64,000 nucleotides of DNA from Macrostomum lignano (taxonomy: Eukaryota), in the NCBI GenBank assembly GCA_002269645.1, contig NIVC01003224.1, forward strand, positions 45,943-109,942, read 5' to 3'. Positions 37,960-50,116 of the stretch are shown one piece after another; position 1 is the first letter of the stretch; every line of letters begins with the position of its first letter. The notes below the pieces were generated by a model. That model worked only from the letters and a program-made list of their open reading frames with translations. It made no database searches and was not told where the DNA came from. A program made the translations under genes and the position numbers.

Positions 37960-38820
37960 TGAATTCAGGATAAGCGTCAACTTAAGGAAAGGCGAGAACT
38001 TCACAATAAGCGCCTGATTTAGGATACATGAACGAGCGCAAGCGCCAGCTTCAAGATAAACACCCGATTTAATACTCGTACAGGCGCCAACTTCAGGATA
38101 AGCGTCAAGTCTAGGATAAGCGGCAACTCAAGATCAGAAGAACGCCACTTTAGGATAAGGGCCAAGTATATGATAAGCACACACTTCAGGATAAGCGCCA
38201 ATTTCAGGAAGAACGCCAACTTTAGGATAAGGAAGTATTGATAAGCACACACTTCAGGATAAGCGCCAATTTCAGGAAGAACGCCAACTTTAGGATAAGG
38301 GCCAAGTATATGATAAGCACACACTTCAGGATAAGCGCCAATTTCAGGAAGAACGCCAACTTCAGGATAAGCGCCAAGTTTAGGATAAGCACACACTTCA
38401 GGATAAGCGCCAAGTAATATGATAATCACACACTTCAGGATAAGCGGCAATTTCAGAAAGAACGCCAACTTCAGGATAAGCGCCAAGTTTAGGATAAGCA
38501 CACACTTCAGGATAAGCGCCAACTTCAGAAAGAAAGCCAACTTCAGGATGAGCGCCAAGTATATGATAAGCACGCACTTTAGGATAAGCGCCAACTTCAG
38601 GGTAGGGGTCAACCTCAGGATAAGCGCTAACTTCAAAATAAGTGCTTGATTTAGGTAAGTGCCAACTTCAGGATAAGCGCTTGATTTAGGATAAGCACCA
38701 ACTTTAGGATAGGCGTCAACCTTAGGATAAGCGTCAACTTCAGGATAAAGCGCACACTCTAGGGTAAGTCCACACTTCAGAATAAAAGCAAACTTTACGA
38801 TAAGCGCCAACTTCAGGTTG
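37960..38820. repeat. Degenerate ~18-bp minisatellite (TTCAGGATAAGCGCCAAC)
   Basis: Dozens of variant copies downstream of the nAChR stop. Confidence 0.9.
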
Positions 38821-39589
38821 AAAGACAACTACGAGCGTGTATTATGTGGACAAATTTATGGGATAGGTAGAAATTTTTTAAATTTCACTTAATTAATAAA
38901 ACTGTATTCTTTAAATAACAAAAATCTTAACCAAAAAGCTCATAATCTTTTTAATCAAATTAAAATAGAAAAATGAAAAAAGCAATTAATCTTTGATAGT
39001 TGACAAATGTACTCTACTATTGCACAGAACAATCGATTATAAATGTTTGATTTTAACAGTATAGTTTTTATCCGATTTAAAAAACTAGCAGTATTAATAA
39101 ATAATTCAAATGAAAGCAAGGAGCAATAAAAACTAATAATTAACAGACAATACTAAAGCAAGATATATTCGATAAAATCATTGATTTAAGGGCAGGTTCT
39201 GATCGCATTATATAAGCTACTTAAAGTAGATAATTGCTCATTGACAAGCCAATTATGATAGGCCAAGAAGGGTCAGAAATCAAAATAAGATTTGCATAAC
39301 TAGCAAAATTATTTAGCTGGCTAAAGCACAGCTTGGGTAAAAGTTAAAATTCAAATGTATTTTAATTTTTGGTCAATAAAAACCCGAAGTTATATTTTTC
39401 AGTGCCGTAACAAATAGAAAAATCAATAAGATAGTTATTCATTTACGAGTAAAAATCCATAATTTGATGGCTAGGGAAAATCGAAGTGTAAATATTGCGG
39501 TAAAAATTCTGATTCTATTCTAAGAACTTTTCTTCAATACATGGCTGGGGTTGATTTTATCATTAAATAACTGAATAGCTAAATAACTT

Positions 39590-39886
39590 GCTAACTAGCT
39601 AGCTAACTAACTGACTAACAGGCTAACTAACTAACTAACTAACAGGCTAACTAACTAACTAACAGGCTAACTAACTAACTAACTAACAGGCTAACTAACT
39701 AACTAACTAACTAACAGGCTAACTAACTAACTAACTGACAGGCTAACTAACTAACTGACTAACAGGCTAACTAACTAACTAACTAACAGGCTAACTAACT
39801 AACTAACTAACAGGCTAACTAACTAACTAACTAACAGGCTAACTAACTAACTAACTAACAGGCTAACTAACTAACTAACTGACAGG

Positions 39887-39917
<31 letters not shown>

Positions 39918-40349
39918 GCTAAATAACTAGCTAACTAGCTAAATAACTAACTAACTAACAGGCTAACTAACTAACTGACTAACAGGCTAACTAACTAACT
40001 AACTAACAGGCTAACTAACTAACTAACTAACAGGCTAACTAACTAACTAACTGACAGGCTAACTAACTAACTAACTAACTAACTACTAGCTAAATAACTA
40101 GCTAACTAGCTAAATAACTAACTAACTAACAGGCTAACTAACTAACTAACTAACAGGCTAACTAACTAACTAACTAACAGGCTAACTAACTAACTAACTA
40201 ACAGGCTAACTAACTAACTAACTGACAGGCTAACTAACTAACTGACTAACAGGCTAACTAACTAACTAACTAACAGGCTAACTAACTAACTAACTAACAG
40301 GCTAACTAACTAACTAACTAACAGGCTAACTAACTAACTAACTGACAGG

Positions 40350-40380
<31 letters not shown>

Positions 40381-40665
40381 GCTAAATAACTAGCTAACTA
40401 GCTAAATAACTAACTAACTAACAGGCTAACTAACTAACTGACTAACAGGCTAACTAACTAACTAACTAACAGGCTAACTAACTAACTAACTAACAGGCTA
40501 ACTAACTAACTAACTAACAGGCTAACTAACTAACTAACTAACTAGCTAAATAACTAGCTAACTAGCTAAATAACTAACTAACTAGCTAACTAACTAGCTA
40601 ACTAAGTAACTAGCTAACTAACTAGCCTGACTAAATAACTAACCTAGATAGCTAACTAGCTAACT
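39590..40665. repeat. (CTAA)n microsatellite punctuated by CAGG, with periodic TAGCTAAATAAC blocks
   Basis: Read directly; lies between the convergent nAChR and THNSL2 3' ends. Confidence 0.95.
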
Positions 40666-40785
40666 ATCAGTAACTGATTGGCGGATCTGTTAAATTTCCT
40701 AGAAAGGTTCAGCATATCCAATTCAAGGTAAAAAACTATTTAGGCGTGCTAGTCCGTTTTGGCTGCACTTTTTTGTTTTCCTTTT

Positions 40786-43700
40786 TTAAGCGCTAAGCGA
40801 CTGGGCCAGCAGGTGGTCAATCAGGCCATGAAGCTTGGCCACGCAGTCGTCAATGCTATCGCTTTCCCAGCTGAGGCACCGCTCTGGCAGGCGGCTCAGC
40901 CTCTCCAGCGCTTCCGCCGCCGGTTCAGCTGGCGCTGTGGGCAGGCCGCGCGCCCGGTACAAATCGGCAAACTTAGCCGGATGCGCCGTGGCGAAAACTA
41001 CGCGCGGCGGCGCCAAATTAGCGCCAGAACTGGCGCCGGTGCGATCAGCGACTTTATCGGCATCGGCGCTAGAAGGTTCCAGCGCCGGCAATAGAGCGCA
41101 GGCAGTGTGCGGACAGGCCAGGTAGTCTAGCTCAGAGTGCGCCTTGACAACCGTTGCCTGGCAATCCGCGTCCGTAGCAACGAACGAGCTGACGCCTAAT
41201 TTGGCCAGCTGAAAATGCAGTTAAAGTTAAATTGAAGTTTTTTTAAGCTTAAAATTTTTTAACAGTTGTGCAAATGATTGAAGCTACGGTTAATTTGACA
41301 TTAGAATGGGCAGCATCGACAGGCACAGACTCCAGCTCTCACCTTGGCCCGCTCCTGTTCGGTCAGCTCAACTGGCTGCTTCGAATCGAATCGGCGGGAC
41401 AGCTCGGCGGCCCGGCTGCGGCTGCCGGCCAGCAGGCTGAGCAACCGGGGGATGTTGTAGGGATTCTGGGCGGCGGGGAGTGGGATTGATGGGTTCTGCT
41501 AGGCATTAATGTATTCATAGAATCAGCTTATTAAATTGAGCATCTGGGAGGCTGGCCCAGCAACTGAGGATGTGGGAGGCTGGCCCAGCAACTGAGGATC
41601 TGGAAGGCTGGCCCAGCAACTGAGGATGTGGGAGGCTGGCCCAGCAACTGAGGATGTGGGAGGCTGGCCCAGCAACTGAGGATGTGGGAGACTGGCCCAG
41701 CAACTGAGGATGTGGGAGACTGGCCCAGCAACTGAAGATCTGGGAGGCTGGCTCAGTAACTGAGGATCTGGTAGGCTGGCTAGCAACTGAGGATGTGGGA
41801 GGCTGGCCAGCAACTGAGGATCTGGGAGGCTGGCCCAGCAACTGACACTGGGAGGCTGGCCCAGCAACTGAGGATGTGGGAGGCTGGCCCAGCAACAGGA
41901 TGTGGGAGGCTGGCCCAGCAACTGAGGATCTGGTAGGCTGGCTCAGTAACTGAGGATCTGGTAGGCTGGCTAGCAACTGAGGAGTGAGGATCTGGTAGGT
42001 TGGCTCAGCAACTGAGGATCTGGGAGACTGGCTCGGTAACTGAGGATCTGGTAGGCTGGCTAGCAACTGAGGATCTGGTAGGTTGGCTCAGCAACTGAGG
42101 ATCTGGGAGGCTGGCTCAGTAACTGAGGATCTGGTAGGCTGGCTCAGTAACTGAGGATCTGGTAGGCTGGCTAGCAACTGAGGAGTGAGGATCTGGTAGG
42201 TTGGCTCAGCAACTGAGGATCTGGGAGACTGGCTCGGTAACTGAGGATCTGGTAGGCTGGCTAGCAACTGAGGATCTGGTAGGTTGGCTCAGCAACTGAG
42301 GATCTGGTAGGCTGGCCCAGCAACTGACACTCTGGGAGGCTGGCCCAGCAACTGAGGATCTGGGAGGCTGGCCCAGCAACTGAGGATCTGGGGGAGGCTG
42401 GCCCAGCAACTGAGGATCTGGGGGAGGCTGGCCTAGAAACTGAGGATCTGGTAGGCTGGCTCAGTAACTGAGGATCTGGTAGGCTGGCTCAGCAACTGAG
42501 GATCTGGGAGGCTGGCCCAGCAACTGACACTCTGGGAGGCTGGCCCAGCAACTGACACTCTGGGAGGCTGGCCCAGCAACTGAGGATGTGGGAGGCTGGC
42601 CCAGCAACTGAGGATCTGGGAGGGTGGCCCAACAACTGAGGATCTGGGAGGCTGACCTGGCAACTCAGGATCTGGGAGGGTGGCCCAGCAGCAGAGCGTT
42701 AAACTTACAGCAATGTCCATAGCAACAGATGTGGTGCACACAGACGGCCTGGGCAGGAAGCGGCCCTCGGAGATAAGCTGGTGCGCAGCGGCGTTCTGAT
42801 TATTGGCAGCGCAGGTAGCAATAGGCAGGCCCATTGCTCGAGCCAAACAGGCCGCCGTTAAATTGCCGCAGCCTCCGGTTGGCACAAAGAATTGCACCTG
42901 TTGACCAATGCACCGGGTGGCCTGGATAGGAGGGGTGGGGCAGAGAGTGAAGGATGTGGCGAGATCAAGCTGCAGAGGAGGGTCTGTGGTGAGAAGGGTG
43001 GGTGCATAGATGATGAAGCTGGGAGAGGGTGGGTGAATGGATGATGAAGCTGAGAAAGGGTGGGTGAATGGGTGATGAAGCTGAGCAGGGATAGGTAAAT
43101 GGGTGATGAAGCTGAGTAGGAGGGTGGGTGAATGGATGATGAATCTGAGTGGGAGGCTGGGCGAATGGATGATGAAGCTGAGCAAGGGTGGTAATGGATG
43201 ATGAAGCTGAGAAAGGGTGAGTGAATGAATGATGAAGCTGAGAATGGGTGGGTGAATGGGTGATGAAGCTGAGAATGGGTGGGTGAACGGATGATGAAGC
43301 TGAGCAAGGGTGGGTGAACGGATGATGAAGCTGAGCAAGGGTGGGTGAATGGATGATGAAGCTGAGCAAGGGTGAGTGAATGGATGATGAAGCTGAGCAA
43401 GGGTGGTGAAGGGAGCTCACACTAAAGTAGGCATAGAAGTAGGCGGGTATTTGGAAGAGCACCCGGCCCCAGTTGGCGGAATTCTGGGTGCACAGCAGCG
43501 TCCCATCGCACTGATCTCCGTCCGCAGTCCGCCGCTGTCTCTGCAGCGTGGCCGTCCGAATCACGTCGTCAAGCTGGTCGGAGTCCATAGTAACCGAGGC
43601 GACTCGGACGCGGTCGCATTGGCTAGTTGTCATGGCAACGCGTTGATAAGCGGACACGCGGCCCTCCGGCAGCAGGACGACCAGGCCGAGCCGACTGGAG

Positions 43701-46106
43701 CTGCCCAGCGACTCCACCGCGCGGATGGCGGAGCCGCCCGTGTCACCGGATGTGGCTGGCGGCGACGGGAGGGGGGTGGTAGTCGCTTTTATCATCAATA
43801 GAATATTTATCATTTATTATCAGCGGCGATATTAATAATTATCATATTCGCTACTCGACATTTACGATTAATATATTATACTTTTAGTTAGGCTTAGCTT
43901 ATAATTAATATATAATGTCAATCGAAGAGAACTGCTAGTAAGCTCGAAAAGAATACGAAAACATTAAAACTACAACTTCACAGCTTTGCAACTTCCTTAA
44001 TAATCTTCAATCCTTCTGTTAAAAAAAGCAGAATTTCCGTTCATAACCTCTAATCCTTCTATTCATAATCTCTAATCCTTCTATTCATAATCTCTAATCC
44101 TTCTATTTATAATCTCTAATCCTTTTATTCATAATCTCTAATCTTTTTATTCATTGTCGCTAATCCTTTTATTCATAGTCTCTAATCCTTCTATTCATAA
44201 TCTCTAATCCTTTTATTCATAATCTCTAATCATTTTATTCATAGTCTCTAATCCTTCTATTCATAATCTCTAATCCTTTTATTCATAATCTCTAATCCTT
44301 TTATTCATAATCTCTAATCATTTTATTCATAGTCTCTAATCATTCTATTCATAATCTCTAATCCTTCTATTCATAATCTCTAATCTTCTATTCATAATCT
44401 CTAATCCTTTTATTCATAATCTCTAATCATTTTATTCATAGTCTCTAATCATTTTATTCATAGTCTCTAATCCTTCTATTCATAATCTCTAATCCTTCTA
44501 TTCATAATCTCTAATTCTTCTATTCATAGTCTCTAATCCTTCTATTCATAATCTCTAATCCTTTTATTCATAATCTCTAATTATTTTATTCATAGTATCT
44601 AATCCTTCTATTCATAATCTCTAATCCTTCTATTCATAATCTCTAATTCTTCTATTCATAGTCTCTAATCCTTCTATTCATAATCTCTAATCCTTTTATT
44701 CATAATCTCTAATCATTGTATTCATAGTCTCTAATCCTTCTATTCATAATCTCTAATCCTTCTATTCATAATCTCTAATTCTTCTATTCATAGTCTCTAA
44801 TCCTTCTATTCATAATCTCTAATCCTTCTATTCATAATCTCTAATCCTTCTATTCATAATCTCTAATCATTTTATTCATAGTCTCTAATCCTTCTATTCA
44901 TAATCTCTAATCCTTCTATTCATAATCTCTAATTCTTCTATTCATAATCTCTAATCCTTCTATTCATAATCTCTAATCCTTTTATTCATAATCTCTTAAT
45001 TCTTCTATTCATAATCTTTAATCCTTCTATTTATAATCTCCTGTTCTTCCGTTCATAATGTTTAATCCTTCCGTTTATAATCCCTAACCCTTCCGTTCAT
45101 AATCTCCAACACGGCAACAACCACAGGGCCGCCATCAGAAAAGCAGCAGACCTCCTCACCAACAAGGGAGACACATTTAGCCTGGCGCTTCTTCAGAAAA
45201 TGGTTCATCAACGCAGTGGTGAAGCACATGGCGTAGTCTTTGAAGCACAGGGTAGGCGCGTGGAACATTTCTAGCACGGAGACGCTATCAGCCAGCTGGT
45301 GAATTCGAGGCGATTGAAGATTTAAGTCCAGCGTTTTGTAAGCCTCGGTGAGCACAACTGCGAAATTTTGGCAATTATGGAATTAGAATTAATCGATTAT
45401 TTAAAGCGATATGCGAATTGCGAAAAGTTTGGCTTTTGTTGTCTCAGGTTAGAAACGGATTGGGGATTATGGAGATATGAAGAATGAGGATATGAAGATT
45501 GGCATATGAAGATTAGAGGATATGAAGATTGGGGATATAAAGATTGGGGATATGAAGATTAGGGGATATGAAGATTGGGGATATGAAGATTTGGAATAAG
45601 AAGATTGGGGATATGAAGATTTGGAATAAGAAGATTGGGGATATGAATAATGAGGATAAGAATGATTTGGGGATGTGGACTGTAGGATATGAAGACTGGG
45701 GGACATGAAGATAAAGGGATATGAAGACTGGAGGACATGAAGATAAAGGGATATTAAGACTGGGGGATATGAAGATTAAGGGATATGAAGACTGGGGGAC
45801 ATGAAGAATAAGGGATATGAATACTGGGGGACATCAGGATTAAGGGATATGAAAAAAGGCTACAAAAGTGAACAATGACCAACCTGACAGCTCGTCAGTG
45901 GCAATCTCAGCCGGATCAATAAAGTAGCGAGCAATTCTAATGCACAATTTCAAATAGCTCAGCCGAGCCAGAGTTTCCAGTTCGAGTTTCTTTAGCTGCG
46001 GCACAGACTCGGGCATGAGAAGGCCGCCATCGGACGCGTACAGAGTGAACAGAGCCTGCTCAAAGGTCAGACCGCTGACCTCTCCGCCTGTGCTCTCGTA
46101 TCGCAT
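40786..46106 (-). CDS. THNSL2: Threonine synthase-like protein (THNSL2 type, PLP-dependent), about 504 aa, 6 exons
   Basis: Exons 46106-45884, 45357-45160, 43755-43421, 42921-42709, 41465-41343 and 41208-40786, GT-AG, phases consistent, no stops. Motifs: MRYEST, ASDGGL, FHAPTLCFKD (PLP Lys), ATSGDTGGSA, NSANWGR, VPTGGCGN, NPYN, CPHTA and FATAHPAKF. The PTG-x-x-GN form without NF points to THNSL2 rather than THNSL1. Confidence 0.9.
41545..42690. repeat. 28-bp minisatellite filling THNSL2 intron 4
   Basis: GCTGGCCCAGCAACTGAGGATGTGGGAG and variants, in the 41466-42708 intron. Confidence 0.95.
42965..43405. repeat. 31-bp minisatellite filling THNSL2 intron 3
   Basis: GGATGATGAAGCTGAGCAAGGGTGGGTGAAT units, in the 42922-43420 intron. 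Confidence 0.93.
44045..45110. repeat. 22-bp minisatellite in THNSL2 intron 2
   Basis: TCTCTAATCCTTCTATTCATAA, about 45 copies. Confidence 0.95.
45470..45850. repeat. Degenerate GAAGATTGGGGATAT-type minisatellite in THNSL2 intron 1
   Basis: Read directly. Confidence 0.88.
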
Positions 46107-46329
46107 CGTAGATGCCGCTCTGTGCGAGTGACTTGACTCTTTATTGAATTTCTTTAGCCAACTGAATGCTATTCAAGCTGCATAAGTTTGGGGCTTATGC
46201 AGAAGTGGCAAGCGGAGATGTAGTTAGCAAAAATAGATTTATGCCATGATAAAGACCGCCTTTTCTCAACAGGAGTCCAATCAGGGGTACATATAAAATG
46301 GTCTGGATCAGCGATAGGAGGGTGGAGAT

Positions 46330-47190
46330 CAGGGATGGGAAGGTCGAGATCAGGGATGGGAGGATCTAGATCAGGGATGGGAGGATCTAGATCAGGGATG
46401 GGAGGATCTAGATCAGGGATGGGAGGGTCTGGATCCGGCATAGGATAGGATGGTCTAGATCAGGGATAGAAGGGTCTAGATCGGGGATAGAAGGGTCTAG
46501 CTCAGGGATAGAAGGGTCTAGATCAGGGATGGGAGGGTCTAGATCAGGGATAGGAGAGCCTAGATCAGGGATGGAAGGATCTAGATCAGGGATAGGAGGG
46601 TTTAGATCAGGGATAGAAGGGTCTAGATCGGGGATAGAAGGGTCTAGATCAGGGATAGAAGGGTCTAGATCAGGGATGGGAGGGTCTATATCAGGGATAG
46701 AAGGGTCTAGATCGGGGATAGAAGGGTCTAGATCAGGGATAGAAGGGTCTAGATCAGGGATGGGAGGGTCTAGATCAGGGATAGGAGAGCCTAGATCAGG
46801 GATGGAAGGATCTAGATCAGGGATAGGAGGGCCTAGATCAGGGATAGGAGAGCCTAGATCAGGGATGGAAGGATCTAGATCAGGGATAGGAGGGTTTAGA
46901 TCAGGGATAAGATAGGACGGTCTAGATCAGGGATAGAAGAGTCCAGATCAGGGATGGGAGGGTCTAGATCAGGGATAGGAGGGCCTAGATCAGGGATGGG
47001 AGGATCTAGATCAGGGATAGGAGGGCCTAGATCAGGGATGGGAGGGTCTAGATCAGGGATAGGAGGGCCTAGATCAGGGATGGGAGGGTCTAGATCAGGG
47101 ATAGGAGGGCCTAGATCAGGGATGGAAGGATCTAGATCAGGGATAGGAGGGCCTAGATCAGGGATGGAAGGATCTAGATCAGGGATCGGA
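46330..47190. repeat. 21-bp minisatellite (TCTAGATCAGGGATGGGAGGG), about 40 copies
   Basis: Read directly; lies between the SMN stop and the THNSL2 start. Confidence 0.95.
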
Positions 47191-47559
47191 GGGTTTAAGT
47201 CACTGATGAGAGGGTCTACATCAGGGGTCAAGCTGAAGAATGAGAGTGCCTAAGAATATAGATTAAGTAAAACTGTTATTGGCGAAAATAGTCAAAGTTA
47301 ATCACAATATCTTTACGTTATTGAAACACCCAGTGGGCATAAGATTGATACAAACAAAAATGCAGCGAATAAATCAGGCTTTTATGTTTTTTACTAGTAT
47401 AGCAACAAACACGGGTAGCAACCAAGCGAAAAAATTGACAATTTTAGAACACATGCATCAATAATAGAGGCAGTGATGACAGCGGCAAGGTACCAGTTGT
47501 ACAAGATGTAATTCTTGGAAACAGCAGCTTGTGACGGCCTGAGTGGAGAGTGACAGCCT

Positions 47560-48180
47560 GAGGCTTAGGGTCAGACAAGTGACGGCCTGAGGCTGAGGGT
47601 CAGAGAAGTGACGGCCTGAGGCTGAGGGTCAGAGAAGTGACGGCCTGAGGCTGAGAGTCAGAGAAGTGACGGCCTGAGGCTGAGGGTCAGAGAAGTGACG
47701 GTCTGAGGCTGAGAGTCAGAGAAGTCACGGCCTGAGGCTGAGGGTCAGAGAAGTGACGGCCTGAGGCTGAGGGTCAGAGAAGTGACGGTCTAAGGCTGAG
47801 AGTCAGAGAAGTGACGGTCTGAGGCTGAGAGTCAGAGAAGTGACGGCCTGAGGCTGAGGGTCAGAGAAGTGACTGCCTGAGGCTGAGAGTCAGAGAAGTG
47901 ACGGTCTGAGGCTGAGAGTCAGAGAAGTGACGGCCTGAGGCTGAGGGTCAGAGAAGTGACGGCCTGAGGCTGAGAGTCAGAGAAGTGACGGCCTGAGGCT
48001 GAGAGTCAGAGAAGTGACGGCCGGAGGCTGAGGGTCAGAGAAGTGACGGCCTGAGGCTGAGGGTCAGAGAAGTGACGGCCGGAGGCTGAGGGTCAGAGAA
48101 GTGACGGCCTGAGGCTGAGGGTCAGAGAAGTGACGGCCTGAGGCTGAGGGTCAGAGAAGTGACGGTCTGAGGGCCAGAGA
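47560..48180. repeat. 29-bp minisatellite (GACGGCCTGAGGCTGAGGGTCAGAGAAGT), about 21 copies
   Basis: Read directly. Confidence 0.95.
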
Positions 48181-48345
48181 GTGACAGCCTCAAGCAGAGG
48201 GTCTGAATAGACAGACTAAGGACTGATTTAGGCCTAAGTTTGGCAGTCAAATAAAGCGCGACGGCTTCATCAAGACTTTATAATTTAAGGCCATATGCTG
48301 CATATGCACGAGTGTAGTACTTAGCTACATAATTCTAAGACATAA

Positions 48346-49475
48346 TCATTGCGCCGACTTTCTACCAACAAAATAGCCCGTATAATAGCCGGACATATAC
48401 CAGCTCATTAACATATTATAAGTAGATTCGTCCATAGCGGCCGAAGCGGCCTCTGGCAGGCTTGGCAGCGGAGGAGGCGGCAGCTGATAAGAGCTCGAGG
48501 CACCTTCGGGATCGGTAGTGCCGATGGCTGCAGTCGCAGGTTCAGCGGGATAGTCAGTGGACGACTCGGCAGCGACAGCAGGCAGCAGGTCAGCCAGCGC
48601 CTGCTCTTCGCTGTTGCCGTAGTCGATGAATTCAACAATGCATCGATCGGAATTGGCGGCCAGGCGTACGATTCTAGCGCGATACTCGATGCCGTCCTCA
48701 GACCAGACTGCTCGGCAGAGGTCGCCAACTTGCCAGCGCTGCTGCTGGCTACTGTCTACTTGCTGCTTATGCGACTGCTTTTTTTGTTGTTGTTGCTTTT
48801 GCTGCTGGTTCTGATTCTGCTGCTGTGGCTGCCTTCCTGTAGAAGAAATAGGAATAAAGACTTTTCCCCTCCTTAACCTTCAGGGTAATGTCTTCACCCG
48901 TCTTGTGTTAACAGGGTAATGTCTTAACAGGGTGATATCATAGCCTTCCTTTATGCTGATGCCTAACCTTCAGGGCGATATCTTAACCTTCAGGGTGATA
49001 TAATAACCTTCAGGGCGATGTCTTAACCTTCAGGGCGATGTCTTAACCTTCAGGGCGATATCATAACCTTCAGGGCGATGTCTTAACCGTCAGGGCGATG
49101 TCATAAACTTTCAGGGCAAAGTCTTTACTTTCAGGCCGATATCCTAACCTTCATGGCGATGCCTAACCTTTATGACAATGTCAACCTTCATGGGGATGCC
49201 TTAACCTTTAACCTTCAAGATGCGGGTTTCCCACGTGTATTGATGCATTTACGCCACGCTCTCTTATTCTCTGACAGTGTGCACAAAATTGCAACAACAC
49301 TTTTGAATCCAAACGCACCGCCTCTTCGGCCAGTCCTAGCCGGTCCGGCCTCGCCCAGCACGAGTTCCCTGGCCCTGGCCACGGCTTCATCGTAAGCGGC
49401 AATCAGTGAAGAGTCGTCCCAATCTTCTGGGCGTAGCAGAAGATTCTCTTCCGGCTTCGCAGCCTGGTCTGACAT
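48346..49475 (-). CDS. SMN: Survival motor neuron protein, 215 aa, 2 exons
   Basis: Exons 49475-49319 and 48836-48346, phase 1. N-terminal Gemin2-binding WDDSSLIAAYDEAV. Tudor domain WQVGDLCRAVWSEDGIEYRARI...CIVEFIDYGNSEE. Pro-rich LPPPPLP. YG-box MLMSWYMSGYYTGYFVG. Confidence 0.95.
48870..49215. repeat. 20-bp minisatellite in the SMN intron
   Basis: TTAACCTTCAGGGCGATGTC units. Confidence 0.9.
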
Positions 49476-50116
49476 TCCACGCAATTCTTACACAGAAAAT
49501 TGCTTTTCTTTCGATTTAGATTTAATTTAGGCTTCCTCGGCTGAAAGGCGAATAACGCATGACGTTTAACTAAAAAACAACTCTTTGAGCCTCCTATATC
49601 CCCAGGAGTGTAAACTGCCTAACAACAAACAAGCCAGAAAAGCTTTGTTGTCGTATTATCGTTAGAAGCACTGCGATTTATATTATAATAGCTTAAAGTA
49701 TAAAAACTAACCTACTAATTTTATTAGGTTTTAATTTTGCGGATATTTAAAACAGAATATTGTGCAAAAAGTAAACTTATAGTACAGAAGTTATTTTAAC
49801 CTCGCAGAATCTTACCTAGATTTTTGTCTGCCCAGTTAAATGTTTAAAAATACCTTTTATCAAGCGGCGCCTTACTGGTTTGCAAGTTAAATTGTGCCAT
49901 ATATTGCGTGCTACGAGCTAAACTTAGCATTAATAGCGAACTTCTTATTTAAACAAAAACTGATTCTAAAAATAGAAACCAGCAAACGGCGAACTCGGAG
50001 AAGATGCTGGCAAAAATATTATAAAAGCATGTAGCCAGACAGGTAACTAACAGGTAAAGGTGGGACCTCTGCGATATACACTGAAAGTAAAGATATATCA
50101 TTGTCAGCGCGCAAAT

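Noticed and set aside
47203-47240. CTGATGAG as a hammerhead ribozyme core (also checked near 6920 and 63345)
   Set aside because: No stem II followed by GAAA, so the catalytic core is incomplete.
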